Assembly (NCBI GenBank): GCA_001938485.1
Contig: MQRK01206452.1
Coordinates: forward strand, 1-59,924
DNA length: 59,924 nt
Direction of reading: 5' to 3'
From: Girardia tigrina
Lineage: Eukaryota
Both the position numbers and the translations under genes were made by a program. How positions within the stretch are numbered: position 1 is the stretch's first letter; each line of letters opens with the position of its first letter. Positions 29,301-38,312 of the stretch are shown piece by piece. Under the pieces are notes generated by a model, which saw only the letters and a list, made by a program, of their open reading frames with translations, ran no database searches and was not told the DNA's origin.

Positions 29301-32300
29301 AGTCATCCATTTAAAAATATATTTTAAGACAATATATTTCGACGGATCTACCGTCATCTTCAGGTCACTAATTAATAATCAATTCACCTGTATATAAATA
29401 CAAAAATGATGATTATGTAATCGAATGCATGAAATCATGCTAATCAAAAATTCTCAATAAGTTGGTTGAGACTGCCGATTGAACATTGATTTTAGGGAAA
29501 CGTGACCTAATTAACAATGCTTCACACGACACTCTCTCCCAATAACTGTCAAAATGCTTACACAGTAATGCCCGTCATCTCTGTAAACGAATTCAAGAAC
29601 ATGGTCGAAAAGAGAGTAAGAGTATTATTGCAGAACATAGGAAAAAATGTAAATGTGATGTTAATTTTGATAATTTCAAAATTCTGTGTAAGCATTTTGA
29701 CAGTTATTGGGAGAGAGTGTATACAAATGACTATTCAAAAACCTTTATCTTAAATATTTGGAAGAATTAATACTAGTTAGATTTTAAACTTTCCACAGCA
29801 AACAGAAGTATAAATATTTGTTAATTTAACCTGGTAAGTACTAGATTTTTTTTCTTAAAATTTTTGCATAAAATTTACTTATTATGATGAATTATTAATG
29901 ACTCAATTTCTCCTCATATAATTTTCGGAGCTGAAAGATAACACATGAGACAATAGGGTGACATGCTTCCTAGTTGATAATGACTAAACTTCCTGTAAAC
30001 TGATGTGCAATATCAGAAAAATTAATAAAAATTGACTGATCCACATTAGAGGCCTATGGTACTTAATGGGTTAATATACAATGTAGTGCCCTACTTACTG
30101 ACACTGCATGACTGTTTTGTTTGTATGTCTTTTGACCTTTGTGTTTCTTTCAATTTACTTCTGTACAAAGCCTTGGAGTGACTAGTTATTTTTTATACAT
30201 AGGGATTCCCATGTGTGGAGGCGTGTGATGCATATTGTTTTTTTTTGATGTTATTTTTGAAAGCCGTTTTCACTTCTTAATACAAAGTATTCTATCGTCA
30301 GTATTAAGTTTTCAAATAAAAGATGAAAAACCAAAAGTTCTCGGAAAATTTCTTTAAACTAGTGAACATAATTTCTACTGCTTCAACAATACGATTTTAT
30401 GTGATGTGACGAGCACTGTTGCCTAAGAAAACAAAGTTGAACAACTATGATCCAAAGATTAGTGAAAATGAAGTTGATTTTGACAGTAATGAAAAATTGT
30501 ATAATCAGATAGTGTGAATTAATTTTTAATGAAAGTTGCGCAGCAAGATCAACCATTAAAAAAACTGGACAGAAAATGTCTGATAAGCTTAACAGATAAT
30601 GATTCTGAAATTGAAGTATCCGAAGAAGACATTCATTTATTCAAACTCAACAGTTTATGATCCAGAAGAGAATTTGCTTCTCTTGCCTCATCTAAATGAA
30701 TCATCTCTGTTACATAATATCCGTTTAAGATTTTCCAAGAATCTAATATATACGTATGTTGGGAAACAATTGTTTTTCGGATACTGTTGGATTCGGTTAC
30801 TTGTATTCGAGCTGGAATGATTATGAATGCAAGTCGATGTGGGAAACGTGTAACACTTAATTTTAGTCATGTTAATCATTATATCGTCCTAATGGGATTG
30901 TATTTACAGGAATCTTAAATTAAATCGTGATCTTTTTCGTTCAAATAAACTCGTATATCTTCAACAAAGGCGTGTTACAGAAAGGAATCGATATTTTTTC
31001 TAAAGCGACAGAAGAAGATATTAAATTAAGATAATAAATAAAATCTGAAATTAAATCGATATTAATAATCGACTCAAGAAAGATAATTAAATTAACTTAC
31101 TTACCACGTTATGACAATGCATTATCGGATTAATTAACGTTTATGAATCATGAAATTCGACGATTTTGTTTTTTTATTCACGTATGTAAGCTCGTTATTG
31201 AATTTGTTTTTTTTTGGTGTTCACAATTAAAGATTTTTATTAACTGTTTAACTTTATTTTATTTATTTACTTTTATTTATTTGTAAGTAAAAATAGTTGA
31301 TCTATCATTATCACGGGATCAACTATTTTTACATACAACTTATCCCAATTTGCTTTAGTTTTTTATTTTTACTTAATCTTACTTTTTTGATATTTATATA
31401 TTTAATATTTAAAATTATTATTATCATTATTACGACTATGTAATGCATTTTGTTATTAATATTACATAGTTCGTCCATATGATACACAATCTTCAGTTCT
31501 TGTAAATCTGCTTAATTGTAACGAAAATCCAGGCTCCAATAACTCAACTGGATTTATGAATCGTCCGTTACTTAGAAATATTTCAAATCCTCCCCAAATG
31601 TCTGAACAGTTTGAGTCTCCGGCATCTTATCAACATATGTCCAGAATTCATCAATTACCAAGAATGAGAATGCCAAATCCCAATCCACCAAAGTCTACTG
31701 CCACAACTGCTTCTCCTCGCCCGACTTTATCAAACATATCGTCATCACCTCCTTCTAAACCCGATATAATGATGATGCCATATCCTCAAGACACAGGTAA
31801 TGGTCGTGCTCTTATGTCTCGAAAACCAAGAAAAAGAAAGATGACAACTTTAGAATTAAATCAACGTCTTCCGAAGCAACCACTTATGCAACCTCCAACA
31901 CTTCGTCAGCCAGTTCATCACGATATGATGCATAATAATATGCCAATCTCGAGTCATTCCATGCCTCAAATGCCGAGTAACATTCAACAACAACATCAAC
32001 CACCTTCTATTTCAAGTAATTTCTCTTCTCCTACTACAATGGATCAATCTATTTATGATTTCGATGATAATGCTGACTGTGGTCGATCTCGTAACATGTC
32101 GTCATCTGCTAGTAGTTCTTCACAATCGAATAATTTCAATAACCTTGCAAATCGTAAAATATCCAATACTGCTGTATCCAAAAAACCATTAAGAGTAAAA
32201 ATATCTCGGAAAGCCATATCACAAAATCCCGGATCACAAGAATTTAAGACAGATCCTGATTTGAAAATGAAAGAAAAATTAGCGAAATCAAGCAGCCACA

Positions 32301-35300
32301 TCCCAGGATTTAATCAGAATATGTCCAATCCTCGCGGTTCCACTGCAATAATGAATGCCATTGATTCTCCATTGACTTGTTCTTCATTGTCTAGTATGCA
32401 AACAAGTCCCCATGGTTCAGTTAACGTATCTTGTTCTCAAATGCCCGGCTCAATGGAAAGTATGGGAGATCAAATCTTGTTAAAGAAACGGCGTAAACGT
32501 CGTATAAAATCTGAAATGGAGGAAATATCAGAAAGTTTGAGGAAAAAAGAAAAAATCGAACTGAAAAAAAATCGTAAAAAGAAAGAATTACTTTCAATTA
32601 ACGGTAATTCTCAATCCGGATTAAGTTCCAATAGTTCCATGGAAACTGTTCCAAGTATCGATACAGCTATTAAAGCACCTCTACCGATTAAGTTGTCATT
32701 AAATGCTAAAACTGGATCAGTTAGTAGTAATAACAACAATTTGAATAATTCTCTCCATAATCGTAATTCTAAACTAACATTACCGATGGCGTCTCAACCA
32801 TCAAATTCTAGTAACGCATGGATGAACCAAAACAATCCTCTTTTAAAACAATCAATGAAATCAGAATCGAAACATTCAAATAGTTTAGCAGAACCTATCT
32901 TAAAGAATTATAAAATTCCTAAGAAGAAATCATCAGATCAACAGCAACAACAACAGGTAGTCTCTGTTCCTTATCAGGACTCAGTAAAAACAATATTACA
33001 TTCCAATCCATCGTTTAATAAATCTCATCAAATCGTCTCTTCAAATGAACTTTCAAAAGCTGTGAAAGAATCTGTAGAATATTTAAAATCAGAAACTGAA
33101 GCGTCGTCCCAAATGTCTAGTGTTATCATCGACCGAAATGAGCGACCGAAAACTCCAATAATGCTACACCCAGACGCTGCTGTTAGTCTACCCATGCAGA
33201 CTCAACTATCAAATTCAATGTCAGAAAACGATTTTAAGCATAATTGTCCTGATTTGTCATCTAACACTGGCTCGACACCGCCAGTCAAAGCAAAAAATAT
33301 CCACGATATTGTCGATAAATTACGAGCCAGAACAAGCTCGACAAGTGGTAGCGGAGGTAATATTGATCCATCTTCAGTCTCCAATGCCAGCAGTGCTATC
33401 GCTAGTGCCATCATTTCGGAATATTCTTCTTCGTCTTTGTCTAAACCTACTGGAGCATCTTCTTTTACCACTTCGAATAATTCCGAAAATAATAATAATA
33501 ATCAGAATTCAGAAAACATTTTCGAAAAATTCTCCGGTTCCAAAAACAACGGCAAATCTGAGTGAGATTAATAAATTTTTGTTTTTTTTAATATTACTTT
33601 TTATATAAAAAATTTCTTTTCTTTTAACTTTATTTTGTAAAATTTTCGATAGTAAAAATCGAAACAATGTTGTTGGTTACGATAAATTTGACTAAAACTT
33701 ATCGCCGTATCGATAAACGAAGTCTAGAACATCACATGGCTCTTAAAATCATATTTTCAAATACTTTAATGTGATAGGAAAAAATCACATTTCATGTTTA
33801 TTATGTTTTATTAAAAAGCAATATTACATTCCATCGTTTAATAAATCTCATCAAATCATCTCTTCAACTGAACTTTCAAAAGTCGTGAAAGAATCTGTAG
33901 AATATTTAAATTCTTTTCTAATTTGTGTAAGTCGTTTCCTTCGTACAAGAATTGCTAAACACACTAAACGAGTAGAAATAGTTCGATTTTGGCCCATAAT
34001 ATAAATGTTAAGATTGACATTGTGAAGGTTATAATAAATATCTATGAATGATTTCAAATAATCTTGACACAAATTATGTTATGATTGTTGTCGCGGTATT
34101 GTAAATCGGTTTTTATGGTAATAAATTATCGAAGGGCGCATGGAGGTATTTACTGGAAAATGACCATTTAAAACTTCAACGTTGGGAAGGGTAAATTAAT
34201 CGTACAATTGTGAAATTTTATGATTTTGTCCAATAAAGTACAAAGTTATTTCAGTTCCATGTTATTTAGTTTTTTTATTGATATGGTCCCCTAAAACGTT
34301 GTAGTAGTAGTCAAAACATTTCTGATGTTCTAGTGTTCAGTATAAAAAGGTATGCGTAATATATATTTTTAGTTTTCCAAGATAAAGTTCACATAGAAAT
34401 ATTTCTGTATTTCTTAACTACATTCAATATACAGGGACTGCAGCTATTTGAGAACAAAATGATGTCCACGGGAAAAAGTGAATGGACAAAAGATAAAGAA
34501 CATTTATTACACCCTAAAACTTTATATAGATTAACGCATACATCAAGGACGATATCATTCAATGAGCCTGCAATCAGCGGCCACAACTGCTTCTATACAC
34601 TGTCGAAACCGACTGCAGGCAGTAATTAAATGAGTCTTTGGAATGTTCGCCAATACATCCACTACAGCAGCTCCTAGAGCTGAAAAAGTGTTTTGGGGAT
34701 GACTATTGGAGTTCCTCTGAACTACGTTGCATGCATAAAAATCCAGCGGATTGACATCTGGTGAGCTTGAGGGTCAAACGTTAGGTTGGATATGGTCGTG
34801 AAAATTCTCAGTTTTCCGTTCTCTGTTTTTTTGGCTGTATGAAATGGTGCTGAGTCTTGTGGAAAAACATGCGGCCTCCAATGTGTTACAGTAGCAATAC
34901 AAGGCTTGACAACTGTAGCTAATACCTCTGTGTAAGCGACGGCATTGACTCTGGCATCTGAAGTAAAAAAATGTGGAGGTATCACATCACATTCACTACT
35001 AGCAACACCGAGAATCATCAATCATGGGGGAAATTTGGTACGCTGGGCCATCGGTATCTCATCAGGGCTTTTACACAACCACCGTATTAGCTACAGTTGT
35101 CAAGCCTTGTATTGCTACTGTAACACATTGGAGGCCGCATGTTTTTCCACAAGACTCAGCACCATTTCATACAGCCAAAAAAACAGAGAACGGAAAACTG
35201 AGAATTTTCACGACCATATCCCACCTAACGTTTGACCCTCAAGCTCAATCATCAATCATGGAGGAAATTTGGTACGCTGGGCCATCGGTATCTCATCAGG

Positions 35301-38300
35301 GCTTTTACACAACCACCGATCATTTTTGAGGTTCACCTTCTTGTTCAGAATAAAGTTCTTCTCGTCTAAGAAAATCCAGATCATTCCTGAATCCTCGTGA
35401 TGTTTGAGCTTGTTCAGAAGACACTGGGCTCTTTTAGAGCGCTTCACCTACGTTCTTTCTGACATCAACTATCCTCTCCTCATCAGGTATGATTTGTAAC
35501 GGAGCTATGTATGAACCACGCCTCATATGGTAGCATCATCAACCTGCAGCTTTCTGATCAGTACCATCATCAAATTCCAAGGGTCCTCTTCAATGTCATC
35601 TTGGAATCGGCTAATCAAATCTGGCGTCTTGATACTGTCAGAACGTCGACAATGTCGTTTCCTTTTCGAAACTTCCTCCAGATCACCCTTTGCAGTTCCC
35701 ATTTCTCTCCGAACTTTGAATACAAATAATGGGGCGACTTTCAAGAATGCAGCAGATTTTGAATCGGAGACAATAACTGCATCTCTCTTCATTTCTTACG
35801 TGAGAGTAGGTTCTGCCAAGTCAACCTATAACAGAAAAATAATGTTACCATAACATACAGGAAAGTTTGGAGCCTATATTGTGTGTTCTCAAATAGCTGC
35901 CGTACTCTGAATTAATGATGTTCACAACGGATTAGTGATAATCTTCCATTCTTGGATGTTCTTTTAACAAGTATAAATTGTAAATATGAAATTGAATGAC
36001 ACAAAAAGACAAGAAACACGATTTAATACATCATCCAAAAACTAATGTGTGAAGAAATGCTAAAATGGTATATATATATATATCCCATAATTTTTCTCAC
36101 AAATCAATGGTTTCATCTATGGACACATTCGGAAATAAAATTGAGACATCAAGTAGGATCATACATTCGGAGTCGCATTTAGGTATAGTAATCCTCTATA
36201 TCATATTACTCAACGCATTTTCATATTAGTCGATTTTATGTCCTTCGTATAATATGTGTTTTTACTCATATAACGTAGATATTATATTTAATTAAGTTTT
36301 TTTTATTTAAAATATCCATAATTTGATTTTAATAAAATATGTCGTTCATAACATAGTTTTTCCTTATTATTTGATTGAAAACCCTTTTATTGAGAAAGGA
36401 TACATATGAATCATTTGTACATAACACGTTTTATGGGTTAATATTACCATGTTATAGGCGGATTACTGTATTTTATTCAAAATGAAATCTTTGAATTTAA
36501 AGCTAGCCCAGATTTCAAATTTGTTAGAAATCAATGGACTCAATAATTAGTCAAAGATTTTCGCGATCCTGTACTGCACAGTGTCCAGCATTAATATCAT
36601 ATGAATTGTATAAGAGTGGATGACAAGCCTTATGTATTTTATTTCGTCCAGTATCAGTAGTCATCTTTGAAGAGTGAATTAAAATAAGATATATGTGAGA
36701 GGTTTATATTATCACTAATTAGGAAAGCATGAATATAATATATAGTTCGAGTATTTTGTACACGATCCTTAATATTATAATTTATATTTTTGTACTATCC
36801 ATTCGGACACGTAAAATTTTAAATTAATAATAAATACTTATTCGTATTATAAATTAACTATCTTGATATTTAAAGGTAATCTAAATACAATTCTAAAATA
36901 ATTTGAAGAAACCATATTAAAAGGTTAAATAATAAACATTCAGTTAAATAACAGACATTCGTATTTAAAAATTTGTTCTGATTCAAAAGAAATCGGGCAC
37001 CTGCTATTTAAAATCTTTTAACATAGCCCTTTGCTTTTATAACATCTTCCATTCATTGAATTGTATAAATCCTGACATTTATCAATGGGAAAACTATTTC
37101 ATATTGCTAAAATTTTATTCTTCAAATTAATTTTATTTTTATGACGATTTTTACAGTAATTCCTTTTTCATAATTGCCTAAACATTCTCTATATGACTTA
37201 AATCTAGACTTCCCAAAGTCAGAAGGAAATATTATTTTTTTTCATTAAAGTATTTGTAAACTTAGATGTATGACAAGATTTTCCATTCGGTTGAGAAATA
37301 AAATCTTCATTGTCAAAATATTATGTAATAGTTGGGATGAAACTTTCAGTTGTTATCTTTGTATACTCTGTAGATTTCATTGTACCCTCAATAAGGTGAA
37401 AACTCCAAAGTCATTTGCTTGTCATACAATCCCAAATCATTAAACTCTCGAGAAATTTCATTAAAAAAATCTCACCTTGCAGAATGAATTATTCGATTCA
37501 TGTATTCGACGTAGACAAGTGGACGGACTTCGTTGATTACTTGAGCAATAGAACGACGATATATTTTTAATAAAAATATATATAATATTTGTCTAAAAAG
37601 TGTGTTTGTTTGTTTGTTGGTCACGCTCTTAAAAAAATAAAATATTATAAGTTATATAATTTTATTTTTTTGTTAAGTGTCCGAATTCTTTTGAATTAGA
37701 GAACAAATTTTTAATTGCGAATAAAATTTTTGTTATTTAACATTTTTATTTGATTTCTTCAAATTGTATTTAGATTATCTTAAAATATCAAATTAATTCA
37801 TCTGTACTACCATTAAGTATTTATATTTATAATTTCAAATTTTTAATACAAATTTTTTACGTGTCCGAATACATATGAATTTCGGTAGTTGTAAGGATTC
37901 TTTTAACTCAATTAAAGTGTTTTTTTCTTTTAATCATTTTCAATGATTTATTGACTGATTCTATCTTCATTAGCCATCGTCAATTCACCAACAGTCGTTT
38001 TCCTGATTCTTCTTGCATGGTAATATAATCTCTAAACTTAGATGCGTTGTATTTAATACCTTTCGTCTGTCATAGAATATGCAACGATATTCTTATAACC
38101 GTCCTCCAGCTGGATTTCCAGCACCGAAAATCAGACCTCCTGCTGTCGGGGCTCCGATCCAATACGGAATCCCTCGGCAGCATTATATGAATAATCCAAA
38201 TATGTATCGAATGGATGCTGCACCTGGGAGAAATTTCCCCCCAGGAAACCCTGTAAACAATCCATATGGACAGAAGAAAACTCCCAACAATTCTTTCCCC

Positions 38301-38312
38301 AAGAAGAAATGA
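7690..38312 (+). CDS. MED1: Mediator complex subunit 1 (MED1/TRAP220), 13 coding exons: 7690-7779, 7835-7990, 11377-11526, 15464-15564, 15618-15944, 19412-19536, 19585-19682, 19825-20023, 20086-20184, 25674-26519, 31470-33561, 37974-38019, 38076-38312 (4566 nt, ~1521 aa)
   Basis: All introns are GT-AG with matching phases. Translations resemble the vertebrate MED1 N-terminal domain in the same order: GCPELL (SCPELV), KAFLCLQSLEDDINKL (KMYLALQSLEQDLSKM), IGNVKMRSGG (VGYLTPRSGG), LPYIPLV (LPIAPLI), AKFVLKLSKPMIVS (ACFFLKFPQPIPVS), PNQLPRVIAILKKQAIINWMMES (HPGRVPLILNLIRHQVAYNTLIGS). These are followed by an LxxLL motif (LVNLL) and a long S/P/N/K-rich disordered C-terminus. Exons 1-3 and 12-13 rest mainly on phase and splice-site fit. 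Confidence 0.88.
10064..11269 (-). mobile_element. Full-length degenerate mariner in MED1 intron 2
   Basis: TIRs TTAGGTTGATCGGAAAGTTTCAGC / GCTGAAATTTTCCGGTCCCCCTAA with TA flanks; VTEDEKW and GWEVLPHPPYSP remnants. Confidence 0.85.
11984..13160 (-). mobile_element. Mariner transposase pseudogene in MED1 intron 3
   Basis: ORFs 12605-13054, 12129-12710 and 12181-12366: HTH, WLPHEL, DDKWILYDN, YDNARPH, HPPYSSDLSPTNY; frameshifted. Confidence 0.92.
13170..13500 (+). mobile_element. Tc1/mariner transposase 3' fragment
   Basis: LLQDSAPCHTS and a C-terminal KGGHTHY. Confidence 0.65.
13569..14768 (-). mobile_element. Tc1/mariner-superfamily element (DD37D/DD41D-like) spanning an N-gap
   Basis: TIRs CAGTGCGTTCAAAAAGTAACTGTGCACCT / AGGTGCACAGTGACTTTCTGAACGCTCTG with TA flanks; YFQQDGATAHTA on the minus strand. 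Confidence 0.8.
15308..15392. repeat. 42-bp tandem duplication just upstream of MED1 exon 4
   Basis: GATTCTATAATGACAGTCATGACAGTCACATATAATAATACA occurs twice. Confidence 0.9.
17049..17736 (-). mobile_element. pogo/Tigger deletion derivative, copy 1
   Basis: CACCAAGGCCCCG / GCTTTGGTG termini with TA flanks; highly similar to 20451-21296 apart from an internal deletion/replacement. Confidence 0.85.
17737..17932 (+). mobile_element. Non-autonomous Helitron-like fragment
   Basis: TATATAAAAGCCCAA start; 3' hairpin CCGTCTTATATGACGG; homologous to 18865-19225. Confidence 0.55.
18616..18861. mobile_element. MITE with TIR CCGTATTACTTCGATTTAACGCCGC and internal (TA)n
   Basis: Near-perfect ~25-bp inverted termini, TA flanks, and an internal repeat of the TIR motif. 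Confidence 0.8.
18865..19225 (+). mobile_element. Non-autonomous Helitron-like element
   Basis: 3' palindrome CCGTCATACATGACGG followed ~12 nt later by CTAG (Helitron 3' signature). Confidence 0.65.
20451..21296 (-). mobile_element. pogo/Tigger deletion derivative, copy 2
   Basis: ORF 20852-21301 TFWKNFTILDGIKYIAGSWNEVS...CWRKLWP (CENP-B/Tigger DDE_1 C-terminus); TIRs and TA flanks. Confidence 0.88.
22721..23238 (-). mobile_element. Solo-LTR-like element (family L), 5' end degenerate
   Basis: Close paralog of 47532-48056, including the AT-rich spacer; ends GTGTTCTTAATA. Confidence 0.75.
23253..23384. repeat. (TA)n microsatellite spanning an N-gap
   Basis: Direct reading. Confidence 0.95.
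23468..23803. mobile_element. MULE-type MITE
   Basis: Long TIRs (AATTGGTCTAAAACAAAACA..CAACATAACAATAAGTGAAATTA and its reverse complement); 9-bp TSD GAGTGGGAC / GAGTGAGAC. Confidence 0.75.
24110..24218 (+). mobile_element. Family L LTR 3' module (ends TGTTCTTCACA)
   Basis: AAGCGATGTC start, AGAGTTG/TGACTCT hairpin, AATAAA, CA terminus; similar to the other family L copies. Confidence 0.6.
24300..24830. mobile_element. Penelope-like element fragment, two GIY-YIG pieces in inverted arrangement
   Basis: Plus strand YQF..NGHDATYIGEICRHLC.RMQEH; minus strand IGETCHHLCKGIQ.H, followed by a pLTR with a hammerhead motif. Confidence 0.8.
24322..24357 (-). ncRNA. Degenerate minimal hammerhead ribozyme
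   Basis: CUGAUGA-UAACGG-UUGAU-CCAUC-GAAA-UUAAUCUC; stem II has mismatches. Confidence 0.5.
25674..26519 (+). CDS. MED1: MED1 exon 10
   Basis: Overlaps ORF 25706-26533. Acceptor ttttcag|TT and donor G|GTAATA; phase 1 at both ends matches the neighbouring exons. Confidence 0.85.
26850..27860 (+). mobile_element. MULE transposase pseudogene in MED1 intron 10
   Basis: DGTFK..FYQL..IH, IHIDFEAALFNA, GCYFHFAQAVWRK, RTNNSAEGFHSKL. Confidence 0.9.
29280..29730. mobile_element. Penelope-like element fragment, inverted arrangement
   Basis: Plus strand RHLCKRIQEH...FDNFKILCKH; minus strand WERVVCEALLIRSRFPKINVQ (GIY-YIG C-terminus) followed by a hammerhead. Confidence 0.85.
29328..29367 (-). ncRNA. 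Minimal type I hammerhead ribozyme (Penelope pLTR type)
   Basis: CUGAAGA-U-GACGG(UAGAU)CCGUC-GAAA-UAUAUU-GUC: intact core boxes, 5-bp stem II, palindromic AAUAUAUU stem III. Confidence 0.75.
30654..30763 (+). pseudogene. Orphan myosin motor-domain N-terminal fragment in MED1 intron 10
   Basis: EENLLLLPHLNESSLLHNIRLRFSKNLIYTYVG matches the myosin head motif L..LNE.SLL.N.R.RF....IYTY.G; similarity stops before the expected IL..VNP. Confidence 0.75.
31470..33561 (+). CDS. MED1: MED1 exon 11 (large low-complexity/IDR exon with LxxLL and basic NLS-like runs)
   Basis: Contains the 669-aa ORF 31556-33565. Acceptor catag|TTCGT at 31470 is in phase with exon 10. LVNLL at 31499-31513; RKPRKRK and KKRRKRR motifs; donor GA|GTGAGA at 33561. 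Confidence 0.85.
34430..35900 (-). mobile_element. Tc1/mariner-superfamily (DD37D/maT-like) pseudogene with internal rearrangement
   Basis: IFLDEKNF...NLKNDRWL, MILGVASSECDVIPPHFF, FPQDSAPFHTAK. Confidence 0.85.
35920..36070 (+). mobile_element. Penelope-like RT C-terminal fragment
   Basis: LPFLDVLL.......HKKT resembles the PLE LPFLDV...YRKPT motif. Confidence 0.55.
36960..37560 (-). mobile_element. Degenerate Tc1 transposase fragment
   Basis: MKF..SLMIWDCMT...HLIEGTMKSTEY...QPNGKSCHTSK remnants. Confidence 0.7.

Noticed and set aside
32053-33608. Antisense and alternate-frame ORFs over MED1 exon 11
   Set aside because: Shadow ORFs of a serine-rich coding exon.
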